From Callorhinchus milii (Eukaryota), in contig NW_024704755.1 in NCBI RefSeq assembly GCF_018977255.1, forward strand, positions 5,270,001 through 5,334,000: 64,000 bases of DNA, read 5' to 3'. The translations under genes and the position numbers were made by a program. How positions within the stretch are numbered: position 1 is the stretch's first letter; each line of letters starts with the position of its first letter. Positions 37,904-50,514 of the stretch are shown in pieces. The notes below the pieces were generated by a model. The model ran no database searches and was not told where the DNA came from. It worked only from the letters and a program-made list of their open reading frames with translations.

Positions 37904-38697
37904 GTAATCTTTCTTTTAAATGCACAAAAACACTGGGTGACAAAAATTAAGTTAATCCATTTTGGCAGTCTCGGTAGTCCGCTTCCCGAACCAGACAAGT
38001 TAGCAATACTCCAGGGCCCTGCTGATGACAGACCAACCAGGCTGGCAGGACTGGGATGGGCAGACTAGTCACTGAGAGCAGAGCTTCCTCCCACTCATCT
38101 ATTTACCGTGCAAATCAAAGATTCCATGCTCTATTTGTAAAGAGGAGGGAGTTTCTGGCCAGCAATCCTCCAATTAAAATTGGTTATTCATTCCATAATC
38201 GTTTGTGGGATATAGCTGCATGCAAATTAGCTGCCAAATTCACCCATAAAGTATAGAGTCACAGTATATCCCGTGAAGCACTTTGAGGCTTGAATACGTG
38301 ATAGAATGTTATATAAAATGCAGGTTTATTGTTATTCTGGGAGCTCCAATGTTGACTTGCAGTGAACTCTTCTATGGTTGGGGGTTCAAAGTATATTGAA
38401 ACAGTGTAGATCAATCTTTACTCTGAGCTCCATCTATCCGACAAAACATTTCCTATTCTCAGCACTGACACCCCTCACACTGAATAATGCAAAAAAAACA
38501 AGTACAGTATATGAGATCTATAATCTATTTACATTGTCTTTTAAGCTCTTCCCCTGTCAGTAAAATGTTTTTTCTTCCCTCAATTGACAGGGCATTGTCA
38601 GCAGGTGGTTTGAGGAGAGCTCTAGAATATCTTTGTCCTCCTGCTGGCACTCCTTAGTGATAATTACAGAGAAAAAGGTAACTCCCCAGAGAACAAT

Positions 38698-40443
38698 ATG
38701 AAACCTACTTATGAGAGAAACCAAGAATGCCTGCCACCAAAGAAACGCGAACTACTACAGAATAACACTGGAGGTGAGGAGATCCTGAAGAATAATAGCC
38801 TGCCGGCCAACAGCACCACTGTAAGTGATGCAGCAGATTGGACAGGAAGTGCTGCTGGAGAGAACCAAGTAATGTTAAGGTATGGAGTTGCAGCTGATAA
38901 TGGGGAAAGCTCACCAGGCGTTGCTGTGGATCAGTATGGCATGATGTACAAACTGGCTGTGCCTTCTGCAAGTTATTCACTGAGTGCTCAACCCTCATTG
39001 GTGAATGTGGGGCACCTTTCACCGGCATACAGTGTTGCATCTCCTCTTCTCCAGCACCATGGCGTTCCATATGCTCCTATTCATTATACCCAAATACCCC
39101 ACACTTCACTGCAATTTGTAGGAGCTCCATACACAGTACCATATGTCTCTCATGGGATTGTCCCAAATCCTCTCATTACTCCTGGCATGGGCATCCCGAC
39201 TTCTCATCTTTCCCATCTTGTTCCATATCCTTCCGTTATAGCTGAGGGTACCCCTCCGCCTCAGTCAGCATCTCCTGCACAGGCCTACAGCAAAGCCACT
39301 GGATCTCCCATACACAGTTTTACACCGCAAGCACAATTGTCTCATCTAACCACAGCCGATCTCCCGCAAGGCATGACCCATGGCAGGGTTCCAGTCCATT
39401 TTCATCCCTCGCTACTAACACCATCATACGCAGCCTTTGCCACAGCCATGCCAAGTCAAGATATCTGTACCGAAAACCGGTATAGTCACCAAGTGGTAAA
39501 GGACAGAGAAACTACAGAAGTCTCATCAAACCGAGGCAAAAGGGTTTCTGATTATCAACATCTGGAGAGACGGCCACAAGAAAGGTTCATAGAGCTCCAA
39601 CATGTTGGCATCAGAAAAGAAATCCATCCTTCTGCCTCATCAATGGAATGCCTAAGAGGTAGCCCACATTTTTCTGGTCACAGGGAGCCAAGGAACGAGA
39701 CTGTTTCTCCAGCCCAACGGAGCACACCAGATACAGACCTAGAAGTCCAACAAGTGGTTGGGAATTTGGGTGAAGGATCGCAGGGTCCTCTAGACAACAG
39801 AAAAGAAGTCTTAAGTAATGTGAAAATCTTACACAATTCTTTCAAAAGCCAAGAACAGATAAGATACCACTCACAAATCATTCCAGGTAAGACCATTACA
39901 GAATTCTCTTCTAATGAGCAATTACCACGGTCTGTGTATTTGCCTACTCAGCAGCACGTTGCATCAGGACTTAACAAGCAACAGGTAGATGGCCAACATG
40001 GACGTTTGCATAAAACAGTGGTATTAGCCAATGGGCAGCCAGTGTTGATGCCTGTTGATGCTCCTGTTCTTGAGGATGGTTCAGTGGTTAACAATGTTGC
40101 CATAACTACAGAAACCACAGGTCAAAAGCATCTTGACGTGCAAGCAAGAACTTGTCCAGTGGTTCCACTTCAAACATCACATCCCACAGTACCACTCCTC
40201 CAATCTGTTTTGATCCAGCAGTCGCCTGTTCACATCCCATCACACTTTATGAAAGGTGCCATCATCCAATTAGCGAATGGAGAGCTGAAACGTGTAGAAG
40301 ACCTGCAGGCGCAGGACTTTGTGCGTAGTGCAGAGATCAGTGGTGGTTTAAAGATTGACTCCAGTACTTTGGTTGACATTGTTGAAAGCCAGCGTCCTGG
40401 CTACTTTACCCTCCATTTCTCTGTTGGAGAACCTCAAACCAAG
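38698..40443 (+). CDS. ATXN1L: Ataxin-1-like, coding exon 1 (exon starts 38591)
   Basis: MKPTYERNQECLPPKKRE N-terminus, STPDTDLEVQQVVG motif, first part of AXH domain (HFMKGAIIQLANGELKRVEDL); donor AAG|GTAAGT; no polyQ; adjacent to ZNF821. Confidence 0.94.
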
Positions 40444-41060
40444 GTAAGTCTGCAGTATGATAAAGATTATCTTCTTGATGAAAAACATTGAACAGCTCAA
40501 GGTCAATGATTGTGTCCACGTTTGCTCGTGTCCATCTGTATATTTTTGATACAGATATTTGTTGTGGGTACCCTTATAGATTTGGTGATTATATGGCACC
40601 CAGCCATTTGCTGGTTTAAACTTGTTATGGGAACCTGCAGCCAGACTTGTGAAGGGAATCTTTGTAATAGGAAGAACCTGTTGAAAATATAAACAAAATA
40701 GTCGGTGGGTACAGAATCTGAAACCTATTGTATTCTCTTACAGGAAAATGCATATTTCCTCTTGTCGCTGAAAAAACAATCCCCAAACATTTCCACAGTG
40801 TATTGAGAAATAGAATACTTGGAAAGACTTGGTGCCTTGTACTGTCTTTTTAGAGAAGTTAACTCATTGTAGAATTGGGGGGCGGTGGGAGGTGGATTAC
40901 AGCCATTAGTTGGATGGATTAAAATTTGGGTGGTTCATACGGGAAATACTTAATGAGCTTTATTAATATAGGAATGCAAATCGAGTATTGCTGTGTTATT
41001 GGGAGTGTTAATGTATATGTGACATTGAGACATTTGGTGATTTTTTTTCCTGTGTTATAG

Positions 41061-41561
41061 GTGAGTGTGGAAGTCTCTTCAGAGCATCCATTCTTTGTGT
41101 TTAGCCAGGGCTGGTCTTCTTGTAACCCGGAGCGCACTGCACAGCTCTTTGGACTTCCGTGTCAAAGACTAACAGTGGGTAATGTCTGCATATCACTCAG
41201 CATGCAAACCTCTGGTAGGAGATCCACCCAGCAAGCATCGCCTCCACTCAATGCTGTTGCAGCTCATGACTTGAGGACTGTTGGAATGTCTGAAGCCAAT
41301 TTAGCTCCTTCAGTAATCTCACTGCATACAGACAGAATATCTGAGACTAGAAGTCAGCCAAAGGACTCCGCAGTGCAGCATTTGCACACAGACTCTGAAA
41401 GTTCACATATTTCCGGCCACCCAAATTATCATCCTCGGTGGTCAGCATCGGCTTTCCAAAGAGATGGTTTTCAGTCAGAGGAACCCAGAACATCACGGCC
41501 GTCATTCATACCACAGGAAGTCAAACTCTCAATTGAGGGACGATCAAATGCTGGGAAATGA
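41061..41561 (+). CDS. ATXN1L: Ataxin-1-like, coding exon 2
   Basis: ttttcctgtgttatag acceptor; VSVEVSSEHPFFVFSQGWSSC (AXH) ... RPSFIPQEVKLSIEGRSNAGK*; total 748 aa. Confidence 0.95.
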   Translation: MSVEVSSEHPFFVFSQGWSSCNPERTAQLFGLPCQRLTVGNVCISLSMQTSGRRSTQQASPPLNAVAAHDLRTVGMSEANLAPSVISLHTDRISETRSQPKDSAVQHLHTDSESSHISGHPNYHPRWSASAFQRDGFQSEEPRTSRPSFIPQEVKLSIEGRSNAGK

Positions 41562-41847
41562 ATGCTGGAACACTGAGCGGGAGGAGGGGAGGGGGAAGAG
41601 TATAAATTGAGACATTTTTCATATGTCCTTGGTCAACCTTCTATTAATTCTCTTAAATAATGTATTGAAATGTGCTTTTGATAACATTCGCAAAGCATTT
41701 GCATCATACAAGGAATTAGATCTGTCATTAACAATAAATGGGAACATACAAGAGATTTTTTTGTAATGTAAAGTAACTGAGGATCTTAATAACAGATCCG
41801 GGCGAATACTTCAAAAGCGTTGCAGCATTACGAAGTTCTCATCAAAA

Positions 41848-42340
41848 AACATAAGAATTTTAGGAACAGGAAAGTACTCTTAGGTTAATTGAGCTCATTC
41901 CATTGTTGATTCTCAATACAACCTATCTGCCCTCTCAGAAAATGCCTCAATCCTCCTCTCTCCAGTCATGCATTTGGTTTCTTCCTACTGCTCACCTCCA
42001 TACCTTATCAAAGGTAATATCCTTCCTGTTATTTAGGTGATCAGAACTGCATACAGTACACCAGATGAGGTCTGACCAACACTATATAACAAGTTCACTT
42101 TGTTTGATTTGCACTCTATCCCTCTTTTAATCCTTTTAATGCAATCCATTACCTTATTTGCCATTTTTATTGGAGCCAAACACTGGACTGACAGTTTTAT
42201 AGACTTGTCCACAATATCCTAATCAGCACACTGCATAGTTGCACCATTTAACACATATTACCTCTTTTTGTTGCTTATACTTTATCTGCCACCTCACTTT
42301 CTAAAAGATCCAAATCATTCTGAATCTGGTTGCATAGTCC
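41848..42340 (-). mobile_element. Degenerate CR1 LINE fragment downstream of the ATXN1L stop
   Basis: Reverse strand reads LVRPHLVYCMQF-SP, like the CR1 LVRPHLEYCVQFWSP motif. Confidence 0.65.
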
Positions 42341-45300
42341 CTTGTTATTTTGGTTAAAACTGCAGGTGCCTAATCGTTTGTGATTTTTAGTTTAATTCCA
42401 GAATTTCTGTTAGGTTTCAAGTGAAATTCAGTGTGACTTGACTGTTATTATTGATATGAGACAATTAAAAAAAACTTGCTGTTGAGAACAAGGGGCAAAA
42501 TTTTATATATTGTGAATTGTAAATATCCTGAGGTCAGTGATTGTGTTACCATTCGACAAAACAGATTTTACTCCATCCTAAATATTCCTTCAAGAAAATT
42601 ATCTTTGAGAAATTTTAGGGTGGACATTTATTTATTCATTGTAAGGAGGACTTCATTTAATAAGGCACCAAAGACAGCCTTATTACTTAACCTACTGGAT
42701 CTATTTGAAATGAAGCAGAGCAAATTGTGTTCTTCAATTCAGTCTTGACAGTTTGTGTGGGTGTAAAAGTATATTTGACTTTTGGAAATGTTTTGCTGAG
42801 ATATCTAGTGGATCTGAATGTCCATATGTACTTTTTAAATTTTCACAGAAATTGAGTCAGAATATTATGGGGGTACCCGTTCCATGCCTAATGTTAATTT
42901 CGCTGTCTGCTCAGAATTTATTCCCAGAAAGAACTCATCTAACGCTAAATAAACTGAGTATAGTAGACTTGAGTGCCTGAAAAACTGATACAAGCTCCAT
43001 TTCTGAATAATGTATAATACATAGATACTTCTTGTTTACATCAACAGGACATTGAGCTGTGTACCTGGAATTAAGTTTCTATGACTTAATGATGTATTAC
43101 CTTGCAATTTCCTTACCCATGGCTAAATTTTTCAAGATTTTTCTTCCATTTGAATTAATGCAAAGGATTATGATGGTATTTTAACTTTAAAAAGTAAGCA
43201 GCTTCCTTTCTCAAATTGTAGACATTTTACTTTGTAACATTCAAACAATGAACTAGGATGGAATCCTTGTTAGTTGCAGCAATTGAAAGATTGTTTTTGT
43301 GATATAAATTAATCTGATTCACAGGTTAAGCAGTCCAACAAAAGATGATAGTATTTTATTTTGTATTCGGGAGTGATCTGAAATTTCATTTGCTGAATTA
43401 TGCTACGCTGTGCCGTGTTTGAGATGAACCACAAACTGGTCTTGTGTCATGTTAGACATTGAAGCATCATGTGGCTTAGGCAAGAACTTTCAAATATATC
43501 TAAAAAGTCCATCTTGTAGTTATGCTCGAATGCAACTTTTCAACTCTCTCAGAATTTCACTTCACGGCAAACTTCTCCTTTAATGTTTAGAATCTGCCAG
43601 AGGTGCAACAGTGAGTTGTTTGATTCAGTTGTTGTAACCAAATTGTTGTTATTGGCCGGCATATTAATGGGTAAAAGTAAGTAGAATTGTACATGGAAAA
43701 GGGATTAATAGAATGAAGGATTTTTGTGTGTTGAGAGATTCATATATTTGAGTTCAGCTGGTGAAATCCTTTTTTGCTTTTTGATCCGATCGATGTCTGT
43801 AGTTGATACTGGATAGTCAAGAGATAGTTCTTCCTTTTTCTAAAGACAGGTAAACTAAATTGTATCACATTTACTCCGAGCTTACTGCTCCTCTTGCTGT
43901 CCTTTCAGTGGCGTACTTTGCTTGTATCTGTCAAAAGGTAGTGCTTCATTTGTGTTCCTCTTACGTCACAGTTTTGATAATTTCATACATTTATTTGCTG
44001 CGGGTTGGAAATAACTCAGCCCAGTTTTATCCAAGTGTTGTGCTTATGTATGTTATTGTTTCTGACACTTCCATCTATAGCTTACTGTCATCCTTGCAGT
44101 AAAGAAAGCAAAAAGGTGCAATAGGTAGATGGACGTGGACAGATCTTTTTTTCAAACCATGAAGGGAACTGAAATTAATGAAAAATTTAAAACGAGAGGG
44201 AAGTTTAGATTAATTTACTTCAAAAAAACAATTGTGTGCACTACTAGAAATTCTGGTTTTATTCTTCTGGCGATTGGTTCCCCAGAAAAACATTTGGCTA
44301 ATCAAGTCACATTTGTATTTAATAGTGATGTGAAAAGGATATTAGAACTAGTACCAAAATGCTTTCTTGAGTTTAGCTTGGTATATATTATATTTTATGT
44401 TAAACTTTTTGTCACTGGCACTTTTACATGACTATAGTGCTGATGATGCCATTTGTGTCCTTCCCAAGCAGGCTAGTTAAACTGACTGGAAAACCCAATA
44501 TACTTCTGGTATTGCTGTTCATCCCTTAGTGGTATTTTTGTCTGGCATGCATTGAGCTTGTATTTATGCACTTTGACAGTTTTAAGTTCATTTTCCATGA
44601 GCTTAATTTAAGAAAGCAAAATGACATTATCAACTTGCACTGTCTTACAAATTATTTGCCCCTAATTTTCATGCGAGGGAAGTTTTACTGTTTTATTCAA
44701 AATGCCATACAAAACAGAGGTTTTTATGATATCTACATTGAGAAACCTTTGCACATTGTTTCATGTTTAGCTGATTTAAAAAATTGTAAAAAGCATGGTA
44801 CCCTTGAACAGTCTTGTCATGTACTGGACATGATGAGAGAATCACCGGGGACCACATATTTAAACATTGATACACACGGTTGTGAAATCTATTTGACTTT
44901 TTGCACAACTTCTTGGGTATACTGAAGCTCAGTCAGTATTTTTTTTAAAAAATGTTGCACCCTCTGATAAAGTGAGAATTGTTTTCTCTGTATCGCTGGT
45001 TAGACTGCAATTTAGCACAGCCTTAAGCCATGAGTATTTTAACAATTTTATGTTTATACAAAAGCATTATGTAAAAGGTGGTGATGTTTAAAGATTAAAA
45101 GAAACTCCACTAAGCCTTGGCATACTTACTAGCACACTGCCTATTTGTTGTTCTCTACTTTGCTGATTTAGTGTTGACATAAATCTTGCTCCTTTAAAAT
45201 ATTCTTTGAGAATCCAAATATCCAGGCTACTTTTGTGAGCATTTTATCCTTGACATATCACTGGAACTTCATGGCTGCCCATCTGTCTCAAACCATGTTT

Positions 45301-47697
45301 AGGATTTATATGGGAATCGCACATGCCAAAAAACGACAATGGGGAAAGAAATAAAAGGGATGTGTAAAAATTCAGGAATTATACCAAACCGGATTCAAAA
45401 AGTTGAAAGCTTTTCTTCTGGCCCTAGTAAGGTTAAATTTCTAATTGAATAAAATTCCATAGAATAAAGCGCAAATTGGTTCAAAATTGTTGAGCTGCAA
45501 CAAAAATGCCTGAAACTGGACTCAAAACTATACCTTTTATATTCTTCACAGAATTAAAACAAGCATGAATATTTTTTAATTTAGAAGCTGTATCAGACTT
45601 TACTGATTACAGTGTGGACTAACTAATTTGACTATTAAAGCAAGTCTTTATTGGGCTAAGATCACCGGCTAAGGTTTCATACCAACGTTTCACTACAGAA
45701 TTTGTTGTATTGTTATGTATTTCACTTTATACAGCAATTTACACCATGTTAAAATTTCTGCTTTCTAGATTTTATGCCTTTTGATCCTCCCCAAGTAAGT
45801 TATGCATTCTAATCAAAACTTTAGGGTATTGTAATTTATTTTGCTATTTATTGCATGGAGTGATACAATATTTGTACAGGAGTATTTAGCATGCTATTGC
45901 ATCTACATTTTAAGAGCACTGAACAGATGCACAGCAAGTTCTGGTATATTCGAAGAAAAGCAATCTGAATTAGCAAAAATGCTAATTGAAGAGTAAATGC
46001 CAAGTCTTGACCTGCTTAGTAACATTCTCTGTCAGTTGCGTAATGTACTTTAAGCAACTTTTAACATGCTAGACCTATATATTAGTGCTACATAAAAATT
46101 TTATACATTCAATTTTTTTTCAGACTACTTGGTAACAGTAAGTGGAGAATCTTGTTACAACATTCCTTTCGATATCTGACAGTACTTTTAATATTTACAT
46201 TTAATGTGACTGTATCTTTTTTGTACAATGTAACAAGGCTGGATTTCAAATATAACAATTCTGTCATGTTTTGTGACATTTGCAGTCAATTCCATGTGGA
46301 ATAAAATCATATTAAAATATTCAAACATATTTACATAGTGTATAGCTGTACCATCAGAAAGTTTACAAATGTGTAAATTTCTGATGGTTTCTGTATTTGA
46401 CACCATCTCCTGACCTTTTAGTCCTGTTGCCTAATTGATATTTGCTGAGCAACAAATTAAGTGAATTTCCTTTCAGAAATGAGCTAAGGTTTTGCTGATA
46501 TATCTTGTCAAAATCTCAATGTTCATAGAGCATAAAGGTAACACAAATTATTGTTGTATTTACTTCAAATTTCTTGGAACGATTAAATCTATCAAAAGAG
46601 ATCAGCACAAGATTTAATTATAGTATTTTTAAATTGCGTAGCCCAACAGAAGGGAAACTGTCTTTTCAATTGTCCATAAATAAGTTAATGTCTAAAGTTT
46701 AGCTTTCAATCGATGGAGTTTGAGTAGAGAATCTTATTACAGCATTCAGCTGACAATCAATGTTTACTATCGCACGACGTCAAAGGTAATGGTGGGATGG
46801 AGGTGATACTGTTCCAACAATGTTTTGAGACAACAATAGTGGATTTGCTCAATCCTAGCCACAGTGCATTAATCTTTCAGTAGATTTGACAGCATTCACA
46901 ACTACAGACTATGTAGCACATGTATTGGTAAACAAACCTGTATTCTGCCCCATATCTAGATTGTTCAAATGATCAAGCATCAGTAATTACCTCTTTCCTT
47001 GAAACCAAGTTCAAAAACAGCTCAAGGAAAGGAGACTTGAGATTTCTTCTTCCAAGCAGTTGCTGACCCTTTGAGAACTGAATTTCCTGTACAACTTTTG
47101 GGTGTACATGTTTACAAAATCAGTCATTTGTAATGTTTAATTAATCATGTTCAGTGTTCTTGAGCAAAATAGTTATTTTTCTGTGCTGCAGAGAATTTGA
47201 GTTAAAAGATCCACCACATAATCCACAGTAAAAAATGTATTCAGATAACAAAATTGACTTTTCATGTTGAATTCAGCATCAGCGATAGCATTGATAGAAT
47301 ATTATTACTAAGTCAGTCTATGAAAGCACAATGTTAACCACCCTCTTGGCAACTCACTTGAAAGTGTGGTGGAGCCAGGATTTCTCATCTCTATTCACAA
47401 GTGCACTGCTTCACTACACAATATAATCACTTTGCAAACAGGCATAACATCTTCTTTAGCTTGTAAATTTTTTCACGACATGATAGATGACCGTCCATTT
47501 GGTGAATCAAAAGCGCCTTCATCATCGTGAGTTGGATTTGATCAGTAACTGCTATTAGTAACAGTTACTAATTACGGGAATTGTAGAATGCACTTCAACT
47601 TGATAGATTGATAAATCCTTGCAGACAGAATGCACGAGTTTGAGTGGATGCAGTTTATGAATCAACATACAGTACTGGATTTTAGTGGCCATAATTA

Positions 47698-47876
47698 CAG
47701 GAAACCCCTGATAACTCGACCCTGGCTTAACTTGTCCCTACCGCTTAAGTCATCATGCTGTTATTATCCCGGTGGCATTTATTTATATATTTTATACGTA
47801 TGCCTAACTAGCTGCTCTGAATAACTCGTCACTGAGCCCTTATCCCTTGGAGCGACGAGTTATCAGGAGTTTACTG
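47698..47876. mobile_element. Tc1/mariner-pogo type MITE
   Basis: TA on both sides; 21-nt TIRs CAG(G/T)AAAC(C/T)CCTGATAACTCG; internal subterminal inverted repeat ATAACTCGTC/GACGAGTTAT. Confidence 0.85.
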
Positions 47877-48619
47877 TACTCATTCCAAAGCCCATATTAG
47901 CGAACGTTTTTTGCTGACATAAATTGGTAATTCATTGGGAAAGTTTCTCCTGGCTATGAAGTATTTTGTGTATGGAAAGAAAAAATATTGATTAAAAAAA
48001 ATGGTTTAGTAGTCCTGGCATGAACAAATGATTGGTGGCTTTAACTACGAGTCTTAATATTATGTGCAGGCTGGCCATTTCAAAATCTTTGAATAGGCAA
48101 CTTCGTAGGCATGATCTCGAGTCTTGGGATTGGTATATACTGCATCAGCTAAAAAGGTATTGGTCACGTTCTAACTTAGAATCGCTGCATTCCTACCCAA
48201 ATCTTCAAAGCATTAATCTATATTTTGTTGTGTTTTGTAACCTTTTTAAAAAAAATACAAAAAAAACCCAAAAAGTTTAGATTTGTATATTTGTATTTTT
48301 GTGGACTTTTATGCTGTCTAATGTTAATTTTGTGTACCGGCAAAAGAAAAAAAATGTATTTTTATTGTCAAGCCTAACATTCTTATGTATTATTGCATTA
48401 ATTTGTTGGTATGTAAACACTGCATAATATAAACTCTACATTTTACTATGGTCTCAGAGTAATTATTGAGTGGACTCATTAACTACAGCTTTTGTAATTT
48501 TCTTAGTGAGATTCACCAATGTAACTTATGTAGCTTTGTACCATCTAATGCTTTCCTGTTTCACTACGTAGCTTTGCACCTATTGTTTCACTGCTCACCT
48601 GGTTGATAGATTTTTATCT

Positions 48620-48625
48620 AATAAA
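48620..48625 (+). terminator. Candidate distal ATXN1L polyadenylation signal (implies about 7 kb 3' UTR)
   Basis: AATAAA after a U-rich segment typical of 3'-UTR ends; more proximal AATAAA hexamers also exist. Confidence 0.35.
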
Positions 48626-48902
48626 TTGTACCGGTACTGTATTTAGAATGGACTGATGAGCAGCGATCAGAACAATCGAGATAGCATATGACAGGAAGAT
48701 TCAACTGTTACTGTGGTACATCTTAACAATACTTTGAACGTTTGATTACCGGCCACAGGCAACTTGATGCTTTTTGTTTTAGACCCACAGACTTGAATTT
48801 GATTCGCAGGCATTCCACTCACCATATCTCATTTGTTCAGGAGCAATTTGATCCTTCATTCAACAGCCACCTGTGGGGCAGTACATAATGCTAAGATGCA
48901 GT

Positions 48903-48936
48903 TGCAGTACCTCTTTTGAGTCAGTAGATGGCGCTG
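48903..48936 (+). promoter_or_regulatory. Candidate CTCF site with upstream module
   Basis: TGCAGTACC (48903-48911), 9-nt spacer, core TCAGTAGATGGCGCTG (48921-48936). Confidence 0.65.
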
Positions 48937-50226
48937 TGTAGTTCACATACTGTATAACTCGATGTGGATTATAACACATTGTAAATTTGGTTTTCATTTT
49001 TTTCAAAGAAATCAATTTCGAGATCCAAAGATCAATTTACTGCCAAACATGGGATCAATTGCAAAAAAAAAAAAAAAAAAATCCCTGAAATAGTCTAGAA
49101 GTGAAAGAGTTGCTGAAACCTGAGGGCGATAGTAAGTGGGAGGTGAATGGTGGTATCCACAAGGGTCTGACTATATTGTCAGACTATCAACTGGAGGCAC
49201 TTGTAATTTTCGCTTATTTCATTAGTACCAATGCCTGATGTAAATTAATTGCTTTGGCCTGAATAATGGATGCAATTAAAGTTTTCTCAGTTTGACACAC
49301 TAGAGATGAGAGCTTTCGATAAACAGAGAGATAAAAATAAATTAAAAGTATTGTATTTCTTGCATTAATGTTGTAAGTAATCATTGTCTTTCCCATTTGT
49401 GTCCTTCCCTCAAGGGAAGTTCACTGACTGTAAGCAGTTATAGCAAGACAAATTGGTCTGTCACTTCATGGCTGTGTATGGAACATTGTAGTAAATCTTG
49501 TTCAGTGCTTTTGACACATTCATTTGATAATGTGATGAGATGCTATTACCAAAATGAAGGGATTATAATAGCAGTATTATAATACAATGTAAATATTGGC
49601 AGAGTCCAATTCCTGTTGTGATATCACTATCTCCCAAGATACCAAAATGTTATCATTCAAGTACTTTCATTAAAAGCAAGTTAACTAGACTTCCAGAGAA
49701 AAACGAACATACACAGATTGAAATTATTTTCAATCGGGTTTTATTGGCAACATACATAGAACAATACAGTCTTGAATAATGGACTAGGATTTTCTGTAAA
49801 AAAAAAACTGAACAAATTTCTTGAGAATACCTTCTTGGAAAGGTAAAACAAGAGTTACTAATGGAAACAATGATATTCTTGTATCCACAATAGCAACTCA
49901 TTTGTATTGGTCAAGAATAAGTTAAGATGATAAACATCAAATTGGGATTGTCATAATAAAAGGATAAACAATAACAAAACGTGACCAGTTTAAAAACACT
50001 GATCCATCACAAACATTCTTTCCAAACAATCTCCAATCCAGACACTTAGTTTGGGTTATCATTCAAAAATTTTTAGGGGGGTCAGCCAGGTGTTTGACAT
50101 GCAGAAACCAAACAACATATTTAAGAGTATCCAACCTATAAATGGAAATTCCAGAAATGTTTATTGGAATGGAATGTGGCCTCGCTCCCTGGAGGGGTGA
50201 ATCCTGCTAACCTAATTCCCAGGAAG

Positions 50227-50514
50227 ATAATAATAATAATCCTTGCGTTTGATACAGCGCTTTTTATGTCTTCCAGACGTCTCAAAGCGCTTCACAGAAT
50301 ATGCTGTAAAGTGAATTGAGTGTATATTTTGTGGGCGAAATGTGGCACACAGCAGTGTCCCACAAACAATCGCGGATTGAGTAACCAAATTATTATTGTG
50401 TTTTTTTTCTTGAGGGATTATTATCAGACCTAAGGAAACTTGACCTGCCAGGAATCAAACACAAGTCTCTTGCTTGTGAGGCGAGGGCTCTTAACCACTG
50501 AATTATAGGACTCC
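50227..50514 (-). mobile_element. Full-length SINE (variant subfamily) in the probable ZNF821 3' UTR
   Basis: Head, body and (ATT)n tail all present. Confidence 0.88.

Noticed and set aside
38727-38765. Out-of-frame ATG at the position of human Alt-ATXN1
   Set aside because: Closes after 12 codons, so there is no long overlapping ORF
40444-40491. ATXN1L ending at the ORF-track stop (597 aa)
   Set aside because: Read-through into an intron; a strong donor at 40444 joins the rest of the AXH domain
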